Below are positions 51,396-64,000 of a stretch of DNA of 64,000 nt, in pieces. This stretch comes from Mobula hypostoma (Eukaryota). The DNA is taken from the NCBI RefSeq assembly GCF_963921235.1, contig NC_086109.1, forward strand, positions 3,908,001 through 3,972,000. Reading direction: 5' to 3'. Position 1 is the stretch's first letter, and every line of letters begins with the position of its first letter. The position numbers and the translations under genes were made by a program. The notes under the pieces are model-generated. The model made no database searches. It was not told where the DNA came from and saw only the letters and a program-made list of their open reading frames with translations.

Positions 51396-53534
51396 AGGCC
51401 ACAGCGACCAGTTGGAGGGGTAAAATTCAAAGTTCATAGATGCTCTTCTGCACACGACTATTGTAACGTGTGGTTATTTGAGTTACTATCACCCTTCTGT
51501 CAGCTTAAACCAATCAGGCCAGTCTCCTCTGACCTCTCTCATTAACAAGGTATTTCCGTCTATAGAAATACCACTCACTGGATGTCTTTTGTCTTTTGCA
51601 CCATAAGTTCTAGAGAACTGCTGTGCATGAAAATCCCAGGAAATCAGCAGTTTTTGAGATACTCAAACCACCCCATCGGGCACCAACCATCATTCCACAA
51701 TCAAAGTCACTTAGATCACATTTCTCCCCCATTCTAATGTTTGGTCTGATCAGCAACTGAACTTCTTGATCTTAAGACATGGGAACAGAATTATGCCATT
51801 CAGCCCACCGAGTTTGCTCCACCATTTCACCGTGGCTGATTCTGGATCCAATTCAGTCTCATACACCTGCCTTCTCATGATATCCCATGATGCCCTGACC
51901 AATCGGGAATCTATAAATTTTGCTTTAAATATACCCAGGGACTTGGCCTCCACCGCAGTCTGTGGCAGAGCATTCCACAGATTCACAACTCCTTGGCTAA
52001 AAAAATTCCTCCTTACCTCTGTTCTAAAAGGTTGCCCCCTCAGTTTTGAGGCTGTGCCCTCTAGTCCTGGATACCCCCACCAGAGGAAACAACCTCTCCA
52101 TATCCACCCTATCTAGCCTTTTCAACATTGGATAGGTTTCAATGAGATCCCAGCGCACTCTTCTAAATTCCAGCAACTACAGGCCCAAAGCTGCCAAACA
52201 CTCCTCATACGTTAACCCCTCCATTCCTAGAATCATCCTCGTGAACCTCATGTCTGCATGTTTTTATCCATTGAATTGCATTGACACGATTAGCTGATTA
52301 GATATTTGCATTAACGAGCAGGTGTACCCAATACATTGGCTACCAAGTGGAACACAGAACAGTCAAGCGCAGTATGGGCTCTTCAGCCCAAGATATTGTG
52401 CCAACCTTATAAACTCACTCTAAGATCTAGACCTTCCCTCCATTTTTTGATCATCCATGTGCCTATCTAAAGTCTCTTATATGTCCCTGATGTGTCTGGC
52501 TCTATCACCATCACTGGCAGTGCAATCCATGCACCCACAACTGCCTCTGTCATCCACTCTAAACCTTCCTCCGATCGCTCCAAACCTCTGGCCAGGTTGC
52601 CCGCTGCTTTAGTGACCCAGCCACTCTATCAGTGATTTATAATGGAGGTAAGATTCCACCTCTGCCCTCTGAGTTGTCACTCTTGTAGAAACCTTTCTGA
52701 CTGCAGTCTCACCTAGAGTTGGCTAATGGTTAGTGTAACAACTTTCAGCGCCAGCGATGGGGCTTAATTTGTGCTGTTGTCTTTAAGGGCTTTGTATTGG
52801 TTGCCTGGATTGGTGATCATGTCTTATGAGGATAGGTTGAGTGAGCTAGTGTTTTTCCTCTTTGGAGCAAAGGAGCATGAGACCGTGACTTGATAGGGAT
52901 GTACAAGGTGATAAGAGGCATAGATCAAGTGCACAGCCAAAGACTCGCAGAGGGTGATGAGAGTGTGGAACAAGCTGCCGAACAAAGTTGAGCATGGAAA
53001 CTCAATATCAATGTTTAAGAGAAGTTTGGATTGGTACATGGGTGGTAGGGATATGGAGGGTTATGGTCCTGGTGCAGATCGATAGGAGTAGGCAGATTAT
53101 TTGGTTTGGCACAGACTAGATGGGCCAAATGGCCTGTTTTTGTGCTGTGCATTTCTATTGTTCTATAACCTTTTCCCAAGGCAGAAATAGCTAATACAAA
53201 GGGGTATAGTTTTAAGGTGATTAGAGGGAAGTATAGGGGGATGTCAGAGGCAGGTTTTTTACAAAGAGAATAATGAGGGCATGGAATGCACTGGAACGAG
53301 TGCTGTAGTAGTTAATATTCTTCCTGTGACTGTGTGGGTTGTACGCCAGTTTTTTCCCATCTTCCAAAGACGTACGGGTTGGGGTTAGTAAGCTGCCAGT
53401 ATGTTGGCAATAATTGTGGTCTGACCTCATAATCATCCTCAGACTGCGTTGGTCACCGATGCTCAAGACACATTTCACTGTGTGCTTCAATGTAAACTAA
53501 TCTTTAAATCTTTGACCTTGCCTTCCCCTTGCAG

Positions 53535-53630
53535 ATCACTGCTGCCCTGGAACAAGATGAGCAGGCTCGGAGGCAGCGGCTCGCGTACAAAGTGGAACAG
53601 CTGATTGCCGCCATGTCCTTAGAGAGCTGA
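53535..53630 (+). CDS. PLXNA2: Plexin-A2 terminal coding exon with stop
   Basis: ttgcag|ATC ACT...[37 protein letters not shown]. The ten exons total 1399 nt (1 nt + 466 codons) with no frameshift or internal stop. Confidence 0.95.
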   Translation: MTAALEQDEQARRQRLAYKVEQLIAAMSLES

Positions 53631-55489
53631 GCACTGTGTCTTCAGGAACCAGGCAGTCTGTGAGCGCTGGAGAAAGGGAAGCCATGAGATGGCAGGAACC
53701 AAACATGGACCTGTAGACATCCCATGGCCAGTCCGTGCCCAGTGGCTGAGATGGCTGTTCCAGTTTGAGAGGGGCTGGGTGCCTCTGTTTTCTGTGTTCA
53801 CAATACTACCTTTCGCTGACTCGCAGTTGGAATTCTGATAAGCTTGAATCTGTGGTTGTCCCTTCCCAAAGGAAACTTTGGAGCTGCAGCTGATTGTTAG
53901 TTAACTGATCATCGGACCAGGCCGTGGTGCTAACGACCAATGTGGGCGGTTTCTGTGGCCGGGGTGGGAACGGACCGGCGAGCTCGGCACAGTGCCACGG
54001 ACATAACCTATCTGCTGCTGTGGGAATGGCTCCATAATCACGCACAACTGGCCAAAGCTGCGTTCACCAGGAAGGCAGGCCGCTGCCACTGTGCTCTCAG
54101 TGGCCTGTCCACTGAAGGACTGAAGACTTCTTAAAAAGAGGCGTGGACTTTGGGAACTTTTGGCTGCCGTCTGCACCTTCCTTTGGTCCGTGCCACCCCT
54201 GCCTCACCATGAGCTTCATCATTCCAATACCGAACATTACTACACTTGTGAAGACAAAGACATCTGTACATGGGAATTGTATGTTTTTATTGTTATTATG
54301 AAGGTGAAGATTCCATCACAGCTGCTATGTAACGGAACTGTTCTGTGTAGTAAAACCAGTCAGTTGTGTAACACAAGGTTAGTGCCACACACTGTGTCTT
54401 CAAACTTCTTGAATGTAATTCCATGGCACAGTGTGGGAAAGCTTGTACTGGAAATCCATCATTACTATCAATCCCAATCCCAATCCCATCTTCCCTTGAC
54501 GTGTACCACAGTGTGTAACTGACCCCTTCCATCATCACTTTCATCCCGTGACTGTCCCTCCAGACTGTTGTGTCACCTCAGAGGGAGGAACCTGACACCA
54601 CCTTTGCAGGATGGTCTTCATCAGATCCACCTGGCAGGGAGGGTGGGATTGATCAGCTCAATGCCCCACACAGGTGGTCACCGGAGGGAGGAATTGGCTG
54701 GAGATTCCCCAGTGAGCATCCCTCAGCAACAACCAAGACCCTCACCGGTTTGGGGCTAGCTAGGACCCTGCTGCTCCACGCATGTATTTAACTGGGGTTG
54801 GCCCTGTTGACCAGGTTTCCAATCAGTCCACAGTGTGTGGATTTGTGTCACCAGCACTCACACTAGAATGGTACCTCCACAGGGTCCTGATACTCCTTGA
54901 GTTATTGAAAGGGTCCAGGCTTTCATTTCTCTACGTCGCTCCCCCTCTCGGTGTTAGTGCAGCAGCTCCGTGGAAACCCAACCTTCATGAGAGCAGGAGC
55001 TGGCTAAACGAGGCAGAATGCTCCAAAGAGAGATACTTGCTTTGCCAGCTGAGCGTTGGTGGCACAGATTACTCGAGGGAGCACACATGGTGAGGTGAGG
55101 GTGAGAAGTGGTGTGGTGCCAAAGACTTTATGTTACTGTCTCCTGTCATCCAACAACAACAGCAGAATCCACAAAGATCGTTCTGAATGCTTCATCTTCC
55201 CTTTCCACACAGAGAAACCAAAGGTGTTAGATGTGCACGACCTGGCTCCACACAACCTGTACAAATGTAAATAGTGTTCATACCTCCATATGAGAAGGGA
55301 TATTGCTTTTTATTGCTGTTGTGCTTGGTTCTCTAGTAATTCAGTTCCTATACAAAGATGTGTGTAGTGTTCTTTGCACATTTGTGAACAACTCTCTGGT
55401 GTGTTTTGACATAGTTTCATCCAATGTTTCTCAATCAGTGACCGTGAATGAGTATTGAAACGAGAACAAAAATGCTCAAATGGAATGTC

Positions 55490-55945
55490 ATCTGTGGATG
55501 GGCAGTGTGAATGGTTGGCAAATGGTACCCCCCAAATGTTGAATGATTGGCACATGGTACAGATGTTGAATGGGTGGCATGGAACTAGATGTTAATGGCT
55601 GGCCCATGGTACCCCCAGATGTTGAATGATGTGGCACATGGTACCCCCAGATGTTGAATGATTGACACATGGTACAGATGTTGAATGAATGACATGGAAC
55701 CGGATGTTGAATGAATGTCATGAGCTAGATGTTAAGTGCTTGGCAAATGGTAACAGATGTTGAATGGATGGCACAAAGCAAGATGTTGATTGTTGGCACA
55801 CGACACCAGATGTTGAATGGAATGCTCTCAGTGCCAGATGTTGAGTGGATGGCACACAATACCAGCTGTTGAGTGGTAACATTGTATCAGATATTTTGAT
55901 GGCACTGTACCAGATGCTGCGAATGGCATGTGGTACCAGACATTG
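55490..55945 (+). repeat. Degenerate ~27-33 bp tandem repeat in the 3' UTR
   Basis: Unit ~GGCACATGGTAC(CCC)CAGATGTTGAATGRNT, >10 copies. Confidence 0.85.
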
Positions 55946-57104
55946 TGTGATATTTCTGTTTGAAAACTTGCTTTCCTCACTTGTTCCTCTGCAACACTTA
56001 GTCCTGACCTGAAGGGTCCCATTCCTCTGGGAAGGGTTGCAGAGCAATCAGTGAGCAGAAGGTGCCCCTCCTTCATATGCTGTTTGATACTTCAGGTTCA
56101 CTTTTACCTCTGGGCAGGTGTCCCTGTTTAAAGCTGTAGATGCGAGCACCTGTAGATGGGTGTGCCTGTAACACGTGAGCATGCACACTTCGAGTGAAAT
56201 GCTGAAGTGTTTAATCACAGCTCTCATTTAAGCCACCAGACCTGAGCTTGCAATTCCAAACAGCCAAGCTGCTTTGCCCAGCACTGAATGAGCCTCTTGT
56301 GTCTATGATTGTCATTCTCTGAAACTTAATGACAGTGACTCCAAATCACTCATCACAAATTGGTTATTTACATTTTTTAACCATCGAGTAGAATTCCTCT
56401 GACAATACTTGAAATCCTTCAGGACATTCATTAAGGAACATTTGCTCAAGCATCTAATAGTTGTTGGTTTGCAATGTACAAATTCAACATTCAGATAATT
56501 GGAGAATAGACACTACAGAAATGCTGGGGAACCATAACTGGGAAAACTGTAGTTTACATGATAGTTGTTCATCACCAGAGCAAAAGTGTTTGAAGGACAA
56601 ACCATAACCTATTCTGGGAGATATTGATTTAACCTTTGTCAATGGATGGGCAAGGTAAAGATGATGCAGTGAACTCACCTCAGAGTGATGACACTTGGTC
56701 TGAAGATCTATCAGTCCCATTGGCACCCTTTGTCCATGCTGGCCAAGGTACCTTCCTGAACCAGTCCCATGTACCTGTGTTTCTGTATCCCTCTGAAAAT
56801 TTCCTCTCCATGAACACCAGTTGCTATTCACCTCTTGATATTTGGGCCATGAAGACAAAGGTAAATTTTCTCTGTTAAGTTATCCCTATTCAGAGGCGGT
56901 ATAAAGCTGCTGTCTGGTTATTATCACTGATTTCACTAGTGGTTTATCCTGTTAACGTTTGTTCAAGGGTTACCTCGTCGTTCACTCTGGACTATTTCTG
57001 ACTGCCTAGCCAAGGTGCAGGGAGACACTGCTGCTCTATAATGTGAAGGGGATGTTGCAAGTCAGTTTGAAGAACACTGTCGGGGTGAGAGTGACCCAGT
57101 AAAC

Positions 57105-57184
57105 CAGAGGTTCACAGCCTGGGGTCCACAGACCCCTCGGTTAACGGTAGAGGTCCATGGCATAATAAAGGTTGGGAACCCCTC
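57105..57184 (+). mobile_element. 80-bp hAT-like MITE in the 3' UTR
   Basis: TSD CAGTAAAC (57097-57104) / CAGTGAAC (57185-57192). Confidence 0.85.
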
Positions 57185-57537
57185 CAGTGAACTGTTCAAA
57201 AGCCATGGCGACACAAGCGACTGCGGATGCTGGAATCTGGAGCAGAAAACACTGTTAGAACTCGTCAGGTCAAGCAGGGTCTGTGGAGGGGAATGGGTAT
57301 TCGAGCTTTCAGATCGTAATCCTGTGTCAAAACAGTCATGACGTGGTACTTTGACCTGAGATATTGCCAGTTCCATGCCGCCCCCTTCCCCAGACGCTGC
57401 TCGACCTGCTGAGTTCCTCCAGCGGACTGTCTGCTCTGTGTAAAGTCCATTCCTATTTGTTATATTGTGTACCTAGTGTAAATATGAATCGCTCCTATTT
57501 TGCAAGCCAGAATCACTTTGTACTGTTGTTGTATATA

Positions 57538-57543
57538 AATAAA
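57538..57543 (+). terminator. Polyadenylation signal AATAAA
   Basis: Preceded by several TGTA motifs and followed by a U/GU-rich tract (ttatttctctcttggtgtttg). Confidence 0.65.
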
Positions 57544-57954
57544 GGTAACTTGATAAAAGATTAGCATATTAATTATTTCTCTCTTGGTGTTTGCTGAGGT
57601 GGTTGACTCAGTCTGGGTGGTGATCTCAGCATGAGGTGCACCAGCTGAAGTGGATAACCAGCATTTCGCTGCTCACAGGTTGGTAACACACAGCAATACC
57701 CATTGCAGGAGCGGACAGATGCCAGCTTCTAAAGCTAACGGTTTCACCAATCATCTGAAGATTGGCGAGGTGAAGTGGACTTTACCACAAGGAAAAGCGT
57801 TACGTGATTTATTTCAGAGCCTGACTCCTGAAGAGACCAGAAGGCAGACATAATCTGCTGGCTCTTTCTGCTCTCCTTCCAGAATGGGACTACTGCAGGA
57901 AAAGCGATTGGAGTAAGTTTACAGATATCAAAAGGCAAAAGTAAACCATAATTA

Positions 57955-58880
57955 AATCATAAGACGTAAGAACAGAATAAGGCCATTCGACCAGAGCCTG
58001 CTCTGCTATTCCATCATGGCCAATTAATTATCCTTCTCAACCTCATTCTCCTGCCTTCTCCCCATGACCTTTCATGCCCTAACTAATCAAGGACCTATCA
58101 ACCACCCAATAAAAACGTAAGAAATAGGAACACGAGTAGGTAACCTTGCCCGTCAAACTTGCCATTCAATAACATCATGGCCAATTTGGCCATGGACTTA
58201 TCTCCACCCACCTGCCTTTTCCCCATAACCCTTAATTCCCCCACTTTGCAAAAATCTATCCAACCTTGTCTTAAATATATCTACTGAGGTAGCCTCCACT
58301 GCTTCATTGGGCAGAGAATTCCACAGATTCACCACCTTCTGGGAAAAGCAGTTCCTCCTCATCTCTGTCCTAAATCTACTCCCCCCAAATCTTGAGGCTA
58401 TGTCCCCTTGTTCTACACCTACCAGTGGAAAGCAGTTCTCACCTACCAGTGGAAAGAACTTTCCTGCCTCTATCTTATCTATCCCTTTCATAATTTTATG
58501 TGTTTCTATAAGATATCCTATCATTCTTCCGAATTCTAGCGAATACAATCCCAGGTGACTCGATCTCTCCTCATAGTCTAACCCCTCATCCCTGGAATCA
58601 ACCTGATGAACCTCCTCTGCACTGCCTCAAAGCCAATATATCCCTTCCTCAAGTAAGGTGACCAGAACTGCACGCAGTACTCCAGGTGCGGCCTCACCAA
58701 TGCCCTGTGGAGTTGCAGCATAACCTCTCTGCTCTTAAATTCAATCCCTCTAGCAATGAAGGCCAACGTTGCATAATATACCTAATGATTTGTCCTCCAC
58801 TGGAGTCTTTGGCAATGAATTCCACAGATTCACCACCCTCTGGACAAAGAAATTCCTCCTCATCTGTTTTAAATAGACAT
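57955..58880 (-). mobile_element. Nested CR1-like 3' fragments
   Basis: LHRALVRPHLEYCVQFWSP; RRNCFSQKVVNLWNSLP. Confidence 0.85.
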
Positions 58881-59599
58881 CCTTCACTAGTCCCATCACT
58901 GAAATGTTTTCATGTGGACTCACTTTCAAGAACTTTTCATCTCGTGTTCTCAATATTAATTGCTTACTTGATTATTATTTTTCTTTCTTTTTGTACTTGC
59001 ACATTGATTGTCTGTCCTGTTCAGTGTGGTCTTTCATTGATTCTATTGCGTTTCTTGTATTTACTGCGAATTAATCTCTAGGTTACATGTGGTGACATAT
59101 ATGCACTTCGATAATAAATTTACTTTGAACATCCTTCTATTCTGAAGCTGACCTCTCTCACTCCTGTACGCTTCCTTCTCACCATCTGAAATTCTGCCAA
59201 TAATAGTTGGGTCGTAGGCATCTGCCTGTGCCTAGCCACTCCTGCCCCTCCTGTCAAGGTACAGGGAGGGTAGAGCAGTGGGCTAAGCACACATCCCCGA
59301 GGTGAAGAAGTGTGGATTGTCAGCGAGGAGGAGATTTAATTTCTGATATGCAGAGACTATGGTTTCCGGTGAGGAAGTCAAGGATCCAAATTGCAGGCGA
59401 TGGTACAGAGGCCCAAGCTCTGGAACTCTTTGATCACAACTCAATCTGCCATCCAAATCATTGACATACTGTATAAAGAAGAGGTCCCAACACTGACCCC
59501 TGTGGAACACCGCTTGTCACCAGCATAACTAGACGTACAGTATGTCTGGTACTCAGTGGTACAGGCAGCATCAGTGGAGGGAGACAAGCAATCCCTCAC

Positions 59600-60392
59600 A
59601 GGGATCACTCACTCAGTGACTCCCTTATCCTCCCCCAGGCACTCTCTGCTGTAACCACAGGAGCTGCCACTCCTGTCCCTACACCTCCTCGCTCACCACC
59701 ATCTGTGGCCCTAAACAACCCTTCCATGTGAGGCACCTTCACATGCAAACCCATCTGTGTCAATTCTTGTATCCGATGCAGCCTATTGTACATCAGTGAG
59801 ACCTGGCATAAATTAGGAAATCACTTCGTCTGCCATACCAGCCAAAATGCTTGGTGGTCAGCCATTTTAACTGCCCTCCCCATTTCCACACCAACACGTC
59901 TCTGCGCAGTCTCCTCCACCACCAGGTTGAGTCTAAGTGCAAAACTAGAGGAGTCTAACTCCAGTCTGGGAGTCTTCATCCTGGTGGCACAAACATTGAA
60001 TGTCCAAACTTATGGTGACTGTCCCAACCCCTGCCCTATTGCCCCTATTCTTCTTTTCTTCTCTCCTCCAGATCCCACTGCCCCCATCACTGCATCTACT
60101 TCCTCTCCCCCACGGTCTCCATCTGCCATCACCTACACACTCCCCCCTGTGGTTCCGTTCCCCTTCGTCATCCCTTTATTTCACTGTCCTCTCCTGTCAG
60201 ATTTCATCTTCTTCAACCCTTTGTCACTCCTACCCATCACTTTCTAGCTTCCGACATCATAGCCACCCTTCACCTCCCTCATTTGAATCCTGTCCTATCC
60301 CCACCCTGCCTCCCAGTGACTCTCTCCACTCTTCCTCCCAGTCCCATGATAGGTTGCGACCCGAAACATTGACTCTCCGTTTTTCTCCACAG
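59600..60392 (+). mobile_element. Older Penelope-like remnant
   Basis: CIRCSLLYISETWHKLGNHF (GIY-YIG-like); degraded hammerhead at ~60338-60375. Confidence 0.65.
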
Positions 60393-60639
60393 CCTCCTGA
60401 ACTCTACCAGCACCAATATATATTGCTCATCTCCTTCACACACGGACAACCCCAGATTTTTAAACAGTGAATCCTTGTACTAAAGTCTCCCAAAAGACCC
60501 ATCCTCCCCACACCTCACGCCCTCGGTCCGGTCCTCTCAGGGTCTCAATCAATTCCCCTCCCTCTTCTGAACGTCATAAAATATGATTGTAAGCACAAGG
60601 GATACTGCAGATGCTGGAAATCCAGAACAACACACAAAA

Positions 60640-61735
60640 AGTCAGAATCAGGTTTAATATCACTGGCATATGTAATGAAATGTGTTGTTTTGCAACAGTA
60701 GCACTTCGCAATACATTATAATACTGTAATAGGAAAACTATAAATTACAATATTAAAAAAGAAAAATAAGTCAGTGTAAAAAGAGAGGGGGAAATATACT
60801 GAAGTAGTGTTTATGGGTCCATGGACCATTCAGACAGGAAGAAGCTGTTCCTGAAACATTGATAGTGTATCTTCAGGCTCCTGTACCTCCTCGTTGATTG
60901 TAGCAATGAGAAGAATGCACGTCCTGGGTGACGGGTGTCCTTAGTGACGAATGCTGCCTTTTTGCGGTATTGCCATGTGAAGCTGTCCTGGATGCTGGGG
61001 AGACTAGTGCCCATGATGGAGTTTATGACTTTAAACAGTTTTCCGACCCTGTGCAATGGCAATGGCCCCTACCCCAGACCAGAGAGGGATGCAGCCAGTT
61101 AGAGAGCTCTTCATGGTGTATCTATAGAAATTTGCAAGTGTCTTTAATTACATACCAATTCTCCTGAAGCTCCCAATGAAGTATAGCCGCTGTCATGCCT
61201 TCTTTGTAATTGCATCAGTATGTTGGGCCCAGGATAGTTCCTAAGTAATGTTGACACCCAGAGACTTGAAACTGTTCACCCTTTCTACTTCTGCACTTGA
61301 TGAGGATTTGTATGTGTTCCTTCAACTTACCCTTCCTGAAATCCGCAATCAATTCCTTGATCATGCTGACATTAAGTGCAAGGTTGTTGCTACAACACCA
61401 CTCAACTAGCCGATCTGTCTTGCTCCTGTACGCCTCGTCATCACAATCTCAAATTCTGCCGACAATAGTTGTGCCGTCAGCAAATTTATGGATGTGTTTC
61501 ACCTGAGTCCAGCTACACAGTTAGGGTTGTTGAGAGAGTAGAGTAGTAGGCCAAGCACACATGCTTGAGGTGCACTAGTGTTGATTGTCAATGATATGGA
61601 GATTTTATTTCCAATCCGTGCAGACTGCGGTCTCCTGGTGAGGATGTCAAGGATCCACTTGCAGAGGGAAGTACAGAAGCTCAGGTATCGAAGCTTGTTG
61701 ATTAGAACTCAGGGAATGACTATGTTGAACACTGA
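60640..61735 (-). mobile_element. Rex1/Babar-like LINE
   Basis: KDTRHPGRAFFSLLQSTRRYRSLK; tail cctgattctgac on minus strand. Confidence 0.8.
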
Positions 61736-62269
61736 GTGAAACGCTGGAGGAACTCAGCAGGTCGGTGATAAAATCCTGTTGAAGGATCTCGGCCTGATAC
61801 GTCAACTGTTTAATCTTCTCCATAGAATCTGCCTGACCTGCTAAATTCCTTCAGCACTGTGTGTACGTGTTGCCCTGTAAAATATATTTTTTCCTGTAAA
61901 TGTCTGTAAGAAAATAAGTCTCAAGGTACTATATGGTAATTTCCACTTTGATCTTTGAACTTTGAACTCCAGGGCTTCCCAGTGCAACCTGTCCCTCCTG
62001 TTCCAAGTACCACAGCTGAAACATTAGCACCCTTCTGTTAAACAGAGCAGTACTAACCCCAGTACTCCAGCTGTGGTCTTGCCAGTGCCCTGTGTAACTG
62101 AAGGTAACCTCACTACCTTCGTGTACAATTCCCATCGCAGTAACACTCCACCAGCTTTCCTGATCACTGACTGTCTGTAAACCGCGCACTGAGACACTCT
62201 GAGCATCCTGCTTCTCTCTGTTCAGCAATCTCTTAGCAGTCAGAAAATGGGCTTCGTTAGTTTTCCCAC

Positions 62270-63810
62270 CGAGTTAGACATTGTGGAATGGGGATAGCTT
62301 CCGAACTTGGTGGACATCCCGATTATTATGCTCCATTTTGGTCACCCTGCTATAAGGAAGATGCCATTCATCTGGAAAGACCATAAGACCATGAGATATC
62401 GGAACAGAATTAGGCCATTTGGCCCATTGAGTCTGCTGCACTCTTTCATCATGGCTAATCCTTTTCCCCCTCAGCCCCAATCTCCTGCCTTCATGCTCTG
62501 ACTAATCGAGAACCTATCAACCTCCATCTTAAACATACCCAATCACTAGGCCTCCACAGCCGCCTGTGGCAACGAATTCCACAGATTCACCATTTTCTGG
62601 CTAAATAAAGAATGTTGCTGGGACTGGAGAGACTGAGTTGGAGGGAGAGGTTAATCATTTTGGGACTTCATTCAATGAAGCATAGAAGGCTGAGGTGTGA
62701 CCTTAAAGAGGTGTATAACATCATGAGGTGTGCAGATCGGGTGAATGCACACTGCCTTTTTAAGAAGATTGAGGAATCAAGAACTGGAGGGCATAGGGTG
62801 AGGTGAGAGGGTAAAGATTTAATAGGCATGAGAGGGACAACTTTTTCACCCAGAGTGTGGTGAGTATATAGAATGGGCTGCCAGATGAAGGTTGAGGAAG
62901 GCACATTAACCACGTTTTAAAGGTACTTGGACATGGTTAGGAAAGAGTAAGAGAGATAAATGGGAGGCTGGTCGAGAAGGTTCAATCCTTTGCCATTGAA
63001 GATGTAATAGAAAATTGGATTCATGAGATAATCCAGAGAGTGGTGGTAGATGGTTCCATCTCTGTCTGGATGCCTGTGACTAGTGGAGTGTCGCAGGGAT
63101 CAGTGCTGGGTCCATTGTTGTTTGTCATCTATATCGGTGATCTTGGTCCTAAAGTGGTAAACTGAATCAGCAAATTTGCAGATGACACCATGATTGGAGG
63201 CATAGTGGACAATGAAGAAGGATATCAATAGGCTGAAAAGCAGCAGAAAGGAATGTAGTGAAGACAAGTACCTTGAAAATGTTGTTAACGCACCTGCATC
63301 ATCCTTCCTTCAGCAGTTCATTCCATACGCTGGGAAGACAAACTAGAGTAGGACTTACACAGAGAACCGTAGGGCACTGAGGAGTGCCAAGGAATCTTGG
63401 AATACAGGTCCATAATTTCTTAAAATAGCATCACAGGTAGATAAGGTCATAAAGTAAGTTTTTGGCACATTGGCCTTCATAAATCAAAATACTGAGTTCA
63501 GGAGATGGGCTGTGATGTTGAAGTTGTATAAGACATTGGTGAGACCTAATTTGGAGTATTGTGTGTAGTTCTGATCACTGACCTACAGGAAAGATGTAAA
63601 TAAGATTGAAAGAGTACAGAGAAAAATTTAGAAGGATGTTGTTGGGACTTGAGGACATAAGTTACAGGAAAAGATTGAATAGTTTAGGACCCTGGAGTAC
63701 AGGAGTATGAGGAGAGGTTTGATAGGTACACAAAATTATGAGGGGTATAGATAGCGTAAATACAAGCAGGCTTTTTCCACTGAGGTTGGCTAAGACTGGA
63801 ACTAGAGGTA
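62270..63810 (+). mobile_element. CR1-like LINE fragments
   Basis: SGVSQGSVLGPLLF, SKFADDT, ERLIILGLHS. Confidence 0.8.
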
Positions 63811-63829
63811 CTCAGCAGGCCAGGCAGCT

Positions 63830-64000
63830 GATCTCCCTCCTGGCACTTATCCTTGCAAGCGGAAAAAGTGCTAAACCTGCCCCTATACCTCCTCCCTCAC
63901 TACCATTCAGGGCCCTAAACAGTCCTTCCAGGTGAAGTGACACTTCGCTGGTGAACCTGTTGGGGTCATTTACTGTGTTCAGTGCTCCCGGTATGGCCTC
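63830..64000 (+). mobile_element. Penelope-like GIY-YIG remnant running off the window
   Basis: GGCACTTATCCTTGCAAG...CAGTCCTTCCAGGTG...GGGGTCATTTACTGTGTTCAGTGCTCC, homologous to 43160-43300. Confidence 0.7.

Larger units (their letters stand above)
53631..57565 (+). other. PLXNA2: Putative PLXNA2 3' UTR (~3.9 kb)
   Basis: Largely TE-free sequence after the stop codon, ending at an AATAAA with U/GU-rich flanks; the exact end is inferred. Confidence 0.6.

Noticed and set aside
53619..56878. Many 60-120 aa ORFs after the stop codon
   Set aside because: No recognisable domains; consistent with chance ORFs in a 3' UTR

Overview
Vertebrate genomic DNA, inferred from the repeat families to be a cartilaginous fish (probably a ray). 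The window holds the 3' end of a class-A plexin gene on the + strand. Ten GT-AG coding exons (13670-53630) splice in frame to about 465 aa of the cytoplasmic GAP/RBD region, ending ...[23 protein letters not shown], which matches my recollection of the PLXNA2 C-terminus. A ~3.9 kb putative 3' UTR follows, with AATAAA at 57538. Introns and the downstream flank are packed with mobile elements: CR1-like and Rex1/Babar-like LINE fragments, V-SINE-like SINEs, RTE-derived non-autonomous elements, an R4/Dong-like remnant, Tigger, Tc1, hAT and Harbinger-like DNA elements, and G-rich minisatellites. The most notable signal is a Penelope-like (GIY-YIG) family carrying a minimal type I hammerhead ribozyme motif. 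One intact copy sits inside a young 218-bp fold-back insertion with a perfect 14-bp target-site duplication. TE-free intronic islands show dense TGACAG (TALE/Meis) and GATA motif clusters, which are candidate enhancers. Family names come from motif recognition, not database searches, and TE boundaries are approximate unless a TSD or TIR is quoted.
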